Below are positions 55,501-64,000 of a DNA stretch of 64,000 bases, piece after piece. Below the pieces are notes generated by a model. It worked only from the letters and a program-made list of their open reading frames with translations. It did no database searches and was not told the DNA's origin. This stretch comes from an uncultured Actinomycetes bacterium (lineage in GTDB: Bacteria; Actinomycetota; Coriobacteriia; Anaerosomatales; CAWKMJ01): positions 1,022,764 to 1,086,763 of the forward strand of contig CAWKMJ010000001.1 in the NCBI GenBank assembly GCA_963850695.1. Reading direction: 5' to 3'. The position numbers were made by a program, and so were the translations under genes. How positions within the stretch are numbered: position 1 is the first letter of the stretch; every line of letters begins with the position of its first letter.

Positions 55501-56442
55501 CTACTGCAGCGCGTAGTCGACGAGTCGCGAGCACAGCTCGGGGAACTCGATGCCCGCTGCCGCTGCGGCCTCCGGGAGCAGGCTCGTCGCGGTCATTCCG
55601 GGAATCGTGTTGACCTCGAGTATCTGGATGGAGCCGTCATCTTCGGCGACGATCACATCCGTGCGGGACATGCCGCTGCAACCGAGAAGCTCGTGGACCG
55701 CGATAGCGATTCGCGCGCACTCGGCGTTCGTCTCGTCGCTCACTCGAGCTGGGACGATGTGGCGGCTCAGGCCCGGGACGTACTTGGCCTCGTAGTCGTA
55801 GAACTCGTGTTCCGGCACGACTTCGAGCGTAGGCAGTGCCACCGGAGACTCGTTGCCGAGCACGCCTACCGTCACCTCGACTCCAGAGACGAACCGTTCG
55901 ACAAGTACGGTGTCGTCATGTCGAAACGCATCGTCGATGGCGGCCGGAAGCTCGCGGGCTCGTGTGAGATCGTCACCCCGATGGCCGAGCCCTCGTTGGC
56001 CGGCTTCACCACGGTGCGCGGGCCGAGTGCGTCGGTGATCGCCTGGATGTCTACGGGCTCTCCTCGGCGAACCACGACGTAGTCGGGTGTGGGCAGGCCC
56101 AGCGTGATCGAAGAAGTGCTTCGACATCACCTTGTCCATCGCGAGAGCGCTCGCGAGCACTCCGGAGCCGACGTAGGGGATATCCAGCAGCTCGAGGAGG
56201 CCCTGCACCGTTCCGTCCTCACCGTAGCGCCCATGCAGACAGATGAAGACGGCGTCGGGGGCAGCGAGACGGACCTGCTCGATGAAGTCGGCCGAGGCTG
56301 CGTCTATCTCGATGACCTCGGCGCCAGCGGTGCAGAGCGCCTGCGCCACCTGAGCGCCCGTGTTGAGAGAGACCTCTCTCTCCGCGGAGCGACCGCCCAT
56401 GAGCACGACGACCCTGCGTGCCTCGTCTTCCGTCGAGTTCAC
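55501..56442 (-). CDS. ddl: D-alanine--D-alanine ligase, with compensating frame breaks
   Basis: It contains VVVLMGGRSAEREVSLNTG, FICLHGRYGEDGTVQGLLELLDIPYVGSG, VVKPANEGSAIGVTI and LEVNTIPGMT. Confidence 0.85.
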   Translation of the reverse strand: MNSTEDEARRVVVLMGGRSAEREVSLNTGAQVAQALCTAGAEVIEIDAASADFIEQVRLAAPDAVFICLHGRYGEDGTVQGLLELLDIPYVGSGVLASALAMDKVMSKHFFDHAGPAHTRLRRGSPRRARRHPGDHRRTRPAHRGEAGQRGLGHRGDDLTRARELPAAIDDAFRHDDTVLVERFVSGVEVTVGVLGNESPVALPTLEVVPEHEFYDYEAKYVPGLSRHIVPARVSDETNAECARIAIAVHELLGCSGMSRTDVIVAEDDGSIQILEVNTIPGMTATSLLPEAAAAAGIEFPELCSRLVDYALQ

Positions 56443-56461
56443 GTCGACGTCCTCACATTCC

Positions 56462-57307
56462 TCAACTGATCGGGCCGATCATGCCGAGCCGGAGCGCATC
56501 GAGAACCGCGATCGCTCCCCACCAGGCGAGCACGCCGAAACACGTCACGATGGCGCCCTTGAGCAGGGCCGACGTGAGCAGGCCTCCTCGCTTGTCCTTG
56601 TCGCTTCGAAGCCACGTGACGAACCACACGATGAGCGCGAGCAGCGGCCCGACCACTGTGAGCACGAGGCCGCCGAGCAGGATGTAGGGATACTCCTCCT
56701 GCTGGAACGCGGGCAGGGCTTCGGGCTCGTAGGAGATCAGGTAGAACGCGGCCCCGATCAAGGCTATCCATGCCACTAGATAGACGATGAACGGCCACCA
56801 CGGCACCCGCCCCTTGATGACGGGTGCGGCCGGCGTGTCGTCGCCCGCGGCGGCAGCAGCGGTGTCGAGGCGCGGAAGGACCTCGGTCTCGTCAGCGCCC
56901 TCATCGTCTGCGGCGGCGTCACCGGGGGGAGCGTCGCTTTCGGTCTCGCCGCCGTCTGAGGCTTCGGCCTCGGGCTCCTGGGTCTCGGCGGCCGGTTCCG
57001 CCGTGTCTGTACCGGGCTCCTGGGTCTCGTCCTCGGGTCCGGCCGTCTCGGGCTGTGCTGCCTGCGCGCTGGCCGCATCAGCCTCAGCCCCCGAGTCAGA
57101 GACCTCGGCAGCGCCTTGCGCCTCCGGGGGCTCGGGATCGGTCATCGGCGCGGGCTCCGCTGGTGCCGGGGTCTCCTGCGCCTCTGTCGGTGCTGGATCC
57201 ACGTCCGCAGGCGCGACCTCGGGCACGATGCGATCGAGGTCTTCTGACGTCGGTCGCTCCCGCTCTCCCGAATCGCCCGCGCTATCGCGGTCCGTCCGCT
57301 CCTCCAT
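56462..57307 (-). CDS. Membrane protein with a long acidic disordered N-terminus and a C-terminal four-helix TM domain
   Basis: Intact 281-aa ORF. About 150 aa are rich in E/D/P/A/T, with ETQEP-type repeats. TM helices follow (WWPFIVYLVAWIALIGAAFYLI and others). Confidence 0.5.
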   Translation of the reverse strand: MEERTDRDSAGDSGERERPTSEDLDRIVPEVAPADVDPAPTEAQETPAPAEPAPMTDPEPPEAQGAAEVSDSGAEADAASAQAAQPETAGPEDETQEPGTDTAEPAAETQEPEAEASDGGETESDAPPGDAAADDEGADETEVLPRLDTAAAAAGDDTPAAPVIKGRVPWWPFIVYLVAWIALIGAAFYLISYEPEALPAFQQEEYPYILLGGLVLTVVGPLLALIVWFVTWLRSDKDKRGGLLTSALLKGAIVTCFGVLAWWGAIAVLDALRLGMIGPIS

Positions 57308-57339
57308 GTGACTCCTCCCGAGTGGATTCCTCCCGCAGT

Positions 57340-58798
57340 CTACGCAACGGGGTCGCGCCCCTCAACTGCGTCGGGGCCGCGCGACCACGAGATGATGGCC
57401 GCGATGAGCGAGATGACAGCAGCAACCACGAACGCCGGCGCCATCGCCGAAACAAAGAGCTCCGCGTCGGCCTGCCCCAGCGCACCGGTCGAGTCCAGAA
57501 GATTCGCGCCCGCCAGCCCACTCGCGATCACGGCCGCCGTCACGCCGATGCCGAGGGCCATGCCTACCGAGCGAGCCTCGCCGATGAGGGCCGAGCCGAC
57601 GCCCACGCGATGCCGGGGCGTCGCGCGCAGCACCGCTGCTGAGTTGGGCGTCATGAAGCTCGACACGCCGACGCCGAGCGAGAACAGCAGGGCCGCGACG
57701 ACCCACAGCGACGTGTCGGTCCCCATCATCGCCATGACGCCGAGTGACACCGACATCCAGATCAGACCGATCGTCGCCAACCCACGGCTTCCCACGCGAT
57801 CTGACAAGCGGCCAGCCATCGGGGCGAATACCGCCATCGCTGCTGGGGTGGCCGTGAGAATGAGCCCTGCAATGGCTGGCTCGACCCCTCGAGCGCTGAG
57901 CAGATAGAACGGCATCGTGAACGTGACCGCGAACAGCGCCATGTACGTCAGCACGGGGGCCGCAACACCGGCAGCGAAGCGACGCGACCTGAACAGCGCC
58001 AGATCCACCATCGGATGCTCCAGGCGACTCTCGATCCACACGAAGAGGCCGGCGAGCATGATCGCGGCAGCGAAAGACGCCAAGCACGAACGCCGAATCG
58101 AGTCCCAGCCGATCGATCTGCGACATGCCGAGGAGAAGCAGCGAGAGTGCCGCCCCTATGGTCACCGCACCCCAGATGTCGAACGGTTCGGGTTGCGGGC
58201 AGTCATCAGGAAGCATGCGGCGCGCGGCGATGATCACCGCCAGAGCGAGCGGGATGTTGATGAGGAAGATCGCCTGCCAGCCCAGCGCCGAGAGGAGCAG
58301 CCCGCCGAGCACCGGTCCCATCATGAGGCCTGCCGAGACCGACAGCGAGAGCCAGCCCAGCGCCCACCCGCGCCGGTTGGGCGCGAACGTCCTCGTGACC
58401 AGTGCTGGACCCGTGGCGAACATCATGGAGGCGCCCACCGCCTGGATGACGCGGGCAGCGATGAGCGCGGGCAGCGACCACGACAGGGCACATGCGAGAG
58501 ACCCGACAGCGAAGACCGCGAACCCGCCGATGTAGACCTTCTTCAGGCCACGGATATCACCGAGACGTCCCATGGTGAGCACGAGTGACGCGTTGGTGAG
58601 GAGATAGGCGGTGGCGACCCAGCTCACGGCGGTCAGCCGTGCATCGAAGTGTTCGGCGATCGCGGGCAGAGCGATGTTGACGATGCTGGAGTCCAGTGGG
58701 GCCAGGAACGTCCCGGCCATGAGGAGAATGATGACCGATGTCGGGTTGGGAGCATCTGGCGTGCAGACCGGTCCATCGGTCGTTTCGGCTTGGCTCAT
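57340..58798 (-). CDS. MFS transporter (DHA2/EmrB-QacA-like, 14-TM type), one frame break near 58080
   Basis: It contains LDSSIVNIALPAI, GRLGDIRGLKKV and VIQAVGASMMFATGPAL. The second half has matching TM helices. Confidence 0.75.
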
Positions 58799-58937
58799 GG
58801 TCTCCGTTCGGTATGGTGTTCCTGTGCATTCTCACACATGTGCACGCAGGTCAGGGGGATGCAGGGCGTAAGATACTGGATGCGCTGACGATAGCTGTCG
58901 GCCGACAACGCAGCCGAGCAAATCGCGAGGTACACCA

Positions 58938-60372
58938 ATGAGTGACGAGAACACCGCGTCTGGAGCACCGGAAGACGCTCCGGTCGAACCTAGCAAGGAT
59001 GTCCCGAGCACCGGGGGCACGACGCCACATGAAGCCGCCGCGCCGCCACAGGCGACGGTCCCGCCCCAGCCAATCTACGCTGCACCGGTCGAGACCCCGC
59101 CCGCAGCGACCATCCCGCCCCCGGCAGTTCCGCAGGCTCCCCCTGAGAGGAAGACCGGCATCTCTGCAGGGGCTGCAGTCGCCATCGCCATCGTAGTCGC
59201 GCTCATCACGAGCCTGTTCGTCGGCGCCATGGCTGGTGCTGGCGGAGCTTGGATGGCCTCGCAGGGCGTCGGCGGAAACGACGGCTCCCCTGGCACCGTA
59301 CGACTCATCTCCGGCGACACCGACGAGCCGGTGTCGGCCGCGGCGGCGGTGGCGCTTCCGACCGTCGTCAACGTCGACGTCTCGGGTGAGCCCATCCAGG
59401 AGGGCGAGGAGAGTCTGCCGGAGGGTCATCCTGGTGTCCCCCGCTCGGGCAATGGCTCGGGTGTGGCTTTCATGCGAACAGATGATGGAGGCACGTACAT
59501 CATCACGAACGCACACGTCATCGACGACGCCTCGTCGATCATCGTGACCACGACCAACGGCGATCGTCACCGCGGTGAGATCGTCGGCGCGGATATCGAG
59601 ACGGACGTCGGCGTCGTCAAGGTCGATGCAGAACTCCCGCTCGTGGATATCGGCGACTCGCAAGAGCTCGAGGTCGGCCAGCTCGTTGTGGCCATCGGGT
59701 CGCCCTACGGCCTGTCGCACTCCGTGAGTTCGGGCGTCGTGTCGGCGCTTGGCAGGGCCATCATCGAGGAGTTCGACGCACCCGAGGGCACCTACCCGCT
59801 CGTAGACGCGATTCAGACGGACGCGGCGATCAACCCAGGCAACTCGGGTGGCGCGCTGGTCGATCGCGAAGGACTGCTCATAGGGATCAACAGTGCGATC
59901 TACTCGAACTCCGGAGCAAGCGCGGGTATCGGGTTCGCCATCCCGGTGAACACCGCCGTGAGCGTTGCCGAACAGCTCATCACAGATGGAACGGTCGACC
60001 ATCCGTTCCTCGGCGTCGTCGGGCGCACGGTGGACCCCACGCTCGCCTCGGAGGAGGACCTTCCTGTCGAAGAGGGCGCGTGGGTCCTTGAGGTGACCGA
60101 AGACACCGGTGCCGTCTGATGCAGGCGTCCAGGCAGATGACATCATCGTCGGTCTCGATGACCAGGAAGTCCGCTCGATGGACGACCTCATCCTCTATGT
60201 CCGTCGCACCGCTGTGGGCGAGGAGGTCGCCCTCACCCTGTGGCGTGACGGCGAGAAGATCGAGGTCGCCATGGTCGTGGGCCAGAAGCCGGAGAACCTC
60301 GTGGTACCGGACTTCAGCGACGAGACCTCGCCTGTGATACCGATGCCCGACCCCAACGGGGACGAGGAGTAG
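58938..60372 (+). CDS. htrA: HtrA/DegP-family trypsin-like serine protease with PDZ domain, one frame break near 60110
   Basis: It has a Pro-rich N-terminus and a TM helix. The protease part reads YIITNAHVI and DAAINPGNSGGALV. The PDZ part reads GVQADDIIVGLDDQEVRSMDDL. Confidence 0.8.
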
Positions 60373-60428
60373 TCGAAGCCGCTTGTCGGCGCGACTAGCG
60401 CTTGCGAGCACCTCGCCTGAAGCAACGA

Positions 60429-60455
60429 GAAGGGCCCCGCGTGGCGGGGCCCTTC
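60429..60455. terminator. Bidirectional hairpin between the convergent htrA and cytochrome genes
   Basis: The sequence is GAAGGGCCCCGC-GTG-GCGGGGCCCTTC, a perfect 12-bp stem with weak T-rich flanks on both strands. Confidence 0.5.
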
Positions 60456-60505
60456 GTGTTCCTCCTCGTATCTCCCGCATGGGGTGCTGACAGCGCGCAG
60501 CCGAG

Positions 60506-61887
60506 CTACGAGGTGCTTGCGTCCCCGTCGCCCTTCTTGCCCCTGCCGCGCATCACGAACCAACCGATGATGATGGCGGCGGCGGCAAGGGCCGCAAGAA
60601 CGAACAGCCAGTTCGTGTCGCCGCTGCCGCCAGCCCCTGAACCGTCGTCGGCGGGACCCGCATCGGCCATGATGTCCTCGGAGCCGAAGACGCCCATCGA
60701 GGCCATGGCCATGGTGGTAGTGGGAACGTCCACGCCGGCCTTCTCGGCCATCTCCTCGGGAGCGGAGCGGTAGTACAGGTTGGCGGCGAGCTCGATCTCG
60801 CCGCCCTCGGGCATGACGTACTCGAACGCGTCAGTCACGGACTCCCGCGGCGGGATCCGGTCGTCGGAAGCGATCGACTCCGCCTCCCACAGCTCGACGG
60901 GACCGTTGCCCTCAGCGTCGCCAAGGATCGTTCCGAACCTGTGCTCCCCGACGACTTCCGAGTTGCCCTCGGGGTCCGTCGCCGTCACCTCGAGCCACAT
61001 CTCGCGCACCTCTGTGAGGCCCGTTGGGAGGTAGTGGCCCGCGCCGACGTTGGTGATCGTCGTCTGTATATCAACGGTCTCGCCCGCTGCTACGATCTCC
61101 TCGGCGACGATCTCTACCTCAGCGGCCGCCTTGAGACGCTCCTCGGCGAGCACAGCGTCGCCAAGGGCAACGTTGCCGCCAGCGAAGGTCATGATGTAGA
61201 TGTGCTCGCGCTGTGGGCCGCCCGCTGCCGCGGTGCCTGGATTGGGCTTGTTGACGCCCGGGCCGGGAGTCATGTGGCAGTCCTGACAAACGATCCCCTC
61301 GGCGGCGTAGGGGCCTTCCTTCCACTCCGTGTACGTGGCCTCGAGGTGGAGGCCGTTGACCGGGTGATCGACGTTGTGACATGCCCCGCAGAACTCTGCG
61401 GTCTCATGGAAGGCGGAGTAGCTCGTCTCGTGGTAGGGGGAGTTCGAGTCATCGAACTGCGCGCGCTTCACTCCGTCGCCGGCGACCATCCTGTGACGTG
61501 TTGCCGATAGGCTCGTTGGTGCCGGTCACCTGGTGACAGAAGTCGCAGCCGACACCCTCCGCGGCCTGCGGCGGCATGCTGGCGGGATCGCCGCCGACAG
61601 GCCGGCCATGACAGCGACGGGAGCGTGACACGCCTCGCAGAACGGCCCGAGGGCACCGTCGGTCGCTCGGTTCGCTTCGTCGAGCTTCAGCCGGTACAGC
61701 GGATCGTCGAGCGCCTTGGCGTGCATGGATTTGCTCCATGTCTCAAGGAAGGCCGAGTGGCAGCCGCAGTTGTCGGCGGCTCGAAGTTCTCCACGGGGAT
61801 GTCGGGCAGAGCGAACGCCATCGACGCTGCCGATAGGAGCAGGACGGCCGCGATCAGCAGCCCTGCGAGCAGTCGAGCGTGTCTCAT
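60506..61887 (-). CDS. Multiheme c-type cytochrome, signal peptide plus C-terminal TM anchor, frame breaks in the N-terminal third
   Basis: The signal-like start is MRHARLLAGLLIAAVLLLSAASMAFA. The heme motifs are CEACH, CDFCH, CGACH and CQDCH, plus an atypical CGCH. It also has GAGHYLPTG and the C-terminal helix WLFVLAALAAAAIIIGWFVM. Confidence 0.75.
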
Positions 61888-62065
61888 GGGTCGTCCCCTT
61901 TCGATCGTTCATGTCCGGTGGTTACCAGGGCAAGCACGATACATGCCTACCCCACCGAAACGTTCCCCTCGCATTGTCCTGTTTCGCCACTGATGGGAAT
62001 AGTACCTTCATTGCGCCATTGCCGGGCACGTACCTGTCCGGGAAGCCACTCTGGAAGGAGATCGC

Positions 62066-62569
62066 ATGGAAACGTACCGCTGCAAGAGCTGCGGCTACTA
62101 CCACGTCGGTACCGCCCCCGAGCACTGTCCCGTGTGCGGGGCGCCCAAGACCGCGTTCGAGCCCTACGAGGGTCCGGGAGACCTTACCGGGACGAAAACC
62201 CTTGAGAATCTCCAGGCCGCCTTCGCTGGTGAATCCCAGGCCAACCGCATGTACACCCTGTTCGCTCGAATCGCAGAGCTCGAGGGTGCCCATGAAGCCC
62301 GCGCGGCGTTCGAACGCGCAGGAGCCGAGGAGACCGCACATGCTCTCGGTCACCTCGCCTACTTGGGTGGTTTCGGGGACACCTCGGCCAACCTCGACCA
62401 AGCCGCCACCGGCGAGGACTACGAGTGTCAGGAAATGTACCCCGACTTCGCTGCTATCGCAGACGAAGAGGGCTACCCCGAGATCGCGTACTACTTCCGC
62501 GCGGTGGGGCGCTTCGAGAAGGAGCACCGCGAGGAGTATCGCAAGGCCGCAGAAGGCCTGGGCGAGTAG
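62066..62569 (+). CDS. Reverse rubrerythrin (N-terminal rubredoxin-like domain, C-terminal diiron domain)
   Basis: Intact 167-aa ORF containing CKSCGY...CPVCG, then ENLQAAFAGESQANRMY, EETAHALGH and EKEHREEY. The ATG follows GGAAGGAG. Confidence 0.85.
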   Translation: METYRCKSCGYYHVGTAPEHCPVCGAPKTAFEPYEGPGDLTGTKTLENLQAAFAGESQANRMYTLFARIAELEGAHEARAAFERAGAEETAHALGHLAYLGGFGDTSANLDQAATGEDYECQEMYPDFAAIADEEGYPEIAYYFRAVGRFEKEHREEYRKAAEGLGE

Positions 62570-62591
62570 CTCCACGAAAGGACGACGCATC

Positions 62592-63637
62592 GTGTCGGCG
62601 ACGGGCGACTCCTCTGTGTTCGATGTCGGACGGGACGGGCTGGCTCGGGTCTTGGACGAGCTGGGCCAGCCCAGCTACCGCACCGACCAGGTCATCGCGT
62701 GGATCTACCAACGCGATGTCTCGTCGTATGACGAGATGACCGATCTGCCGCGTGAGCTGCGCGATGAGCTGTCAGTCCGGCTACCGCTTGTGCGACCCGA
62801 GATCGTCCACACCCAGGTCTCCGCACTCGACGCCACCCGCAAGCATCCTCATCCGATTCGCAGACGGCTCGGAGGTGGAGACTGTGGCGCTGCCCTCCTC
62901 GGACCGACTCACGGTCTGCTTCTCGACCCAAGCCGGGTGCGGAATGGGATGCGAGTTCTGCGCCACGGGCTCAGGCGGGCTGGTGCGCAACCTCGGTGGC
63001 GGCGAGATGGCCGAGCAGGTCCGCCTTGCGGCCAAGGAGATAGACACGCGAGCGTCCAACGCGGTCGCCATGGGGCAAGGAGAGCCCTTCGCCAACTACG
63101 CGGCCACGTTGGAGGGCCTGCGGTTGATCAACTCCGACGACGGACTCGGGATCGGTGCGCGGCACATCACCGTGTCCACGTGCGGCCTGGTTCACGGCAT
63201 CGAGCAGTTCTCTCAGGAGCCCGAGCAGTTCACGCTCGCAGTCTCACTGCACTCGGCGATCCAGAAGACGCGAGACCAGCTCATGCCCGGAGTGAGCGAG
63301 ATGCCCCTCGACATGCTCCGACGAGCCCTGACCGAGTACGCAAGGAAGACCGGTCGCCGGTTCTCCTTCGAGTACGCGCTCATCAACGGTGTCAACGACA
63401 CGCAGGCCGAGATGCAGGCGCTGGCCGAGTACGCGACCGGGCTGCTGTGCCATGTGAACCTGATACCGGCCAACCCCGTGGCCGGCTCGTCACTCTCCCG
63501 AAGTCAACGCGAACGCGTTCGCGCCTTCGCGCGGACCCTCGCTGCATGCAGGAGTAGCCGTCTCGGTTCGCGAGGAGCGAGGGGCCGACATCGATGCGGC
63601 ATGTGGGCAGCTCAAGCAGCGGTTCACGCCGAGCTGA
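62592..63637 (+). CDS. rlmN: 23S rRNA (adenine2503-C2)-methyltransferase RlmN, frame breaks near 62830 and 63555
   Basis: It contains YRTDQVIAWIY, STQAGCGMGCEFCATG, AMGQGEPFAN, ITVSTCG, LAVSLH, NLIPANP and DIDAACGQL. The GTG at 62592 follows AAAGGA. Confidence 0.85.
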
Positions 63638-64000
63638 GTGGGCAGATCCCCTCGGCAGGACAGTCCCCGCACAGATGCTCGTCGGCTTGCTCGAGGCCAG
63701 GGTACTCCCCGGCCTCCATGCGCTGGATCCTGTCCTCGATCGAAGCCCGGATGGCGACCTTGTCGCTCTGCGTGAACGCGAACTCAACGGTCTCGCACTC
63801 CTGTTCGACGAAGACGAAGATGACCTCGACGGCTGGTGCACCGTCTTCCAGCGCCGCAAGTGCATAGCACGAGGCCTGCAGCTCGTACCCGACCATGCGT
63901 TCATCAGAGCGCGACACCTCCGAGTCCGTTCCGGTCTTGTAGTCCACCACCACGGTGCGATCGCGCTCGACGGCCAGCGCGTCGATCTTCCCCTCGAGGC
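63624..64000 (-). CDS. PD-(D/E)XK nuclease family protein (AddB/AdnA-like C-terminal nuclease with Cys cluster), partial; runs off the right edge
   Basis: It reads LEGKIDALAVERDRTVVVDYKTG and YELQASCYALAA, with a terminal CGDCPAEGICP. Confidence 0.6.
   Translation of the reverse strand, partial: LEGKIDALAVERDRTVVVDYKTGTDSEVSRSDERMVGYELQASCYALAALEDGAPAVEVIFVFVEQECETVEFAFTQSDKVAIRASIEDRIQRMEAGEYPGLEQADEHLCGDCPAEGICPLSSA

Noticed and set aside
61757-61768. CGCH as a novel CxCH heme-binding motif
   Set aside because: Given the error load of this sequence, a missing codon or compound indel is more likely than a new heme attachment motif. I flag it for read-level checking only.
61716-63557. A 613-aa ORF on the plus strand
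   Set aside because: It is a chimeric read-through: antisense to the cytochrome, out of frame across reverse rubrerythrin, and only partly in frame with rlmN.

Overview
This is a 64-kb high-GC chromosomal segment. The gene order (rpsF-ssb-rpsR-rplI-dnaB), a 6C-type sRNA and a PafB/PafC-like gene pair point to an anaerobic actinobacterium, possibly Coriobacteriia-like; that assignment is inference only. Content is mostly housekeeping plus redox and metal homeostasis. It includes purA/purD/purE, hisG, rpiA, ddl, rlmN, ribosomal proteins, dnaB, two trkA-type genes, feoAB, a P-type ATPase, MMPL and MFS transporters, HD-GYP and GGDEF proteins, two rubrerythrins, MsrA/MsrB and several c-type cytochrome components. 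I saw one tRNA-Gly(CCC) and no rRNA, CRISPR array, transposase, integrase or phage genes. Nearly every gene longer than about 1 kb is split across reading frames, and one break sits exactly in a 9-nt homopolymer. I read these breaks as assembly indels rather than pseudogenes, so many gene ends are approximate. Several signals are hidden from the ORF track. (1) Two in-frame UGA codons sit at catalytic Cys positions (MsrA GUFWG, and an Rdx/SelW-like CxxU), each followed by a SECIS-like hairpin. (2) A yybP-ykoY Mn2+ riboswitch lies ahead of the P-type ATPase. (3) A candidate c-di-AMP (ydaO-type) riboswitch lies next to a palindromic TetR-type operator. (4) A 6C-type sRNA sits beside the PafBC-like pair and an exonuclease-DinG gene that carries a RecA-NDp-like promoter. 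I did not find a convincing, wholly new multi-gene system; the most unusual loci are listed as findings with their caveats.
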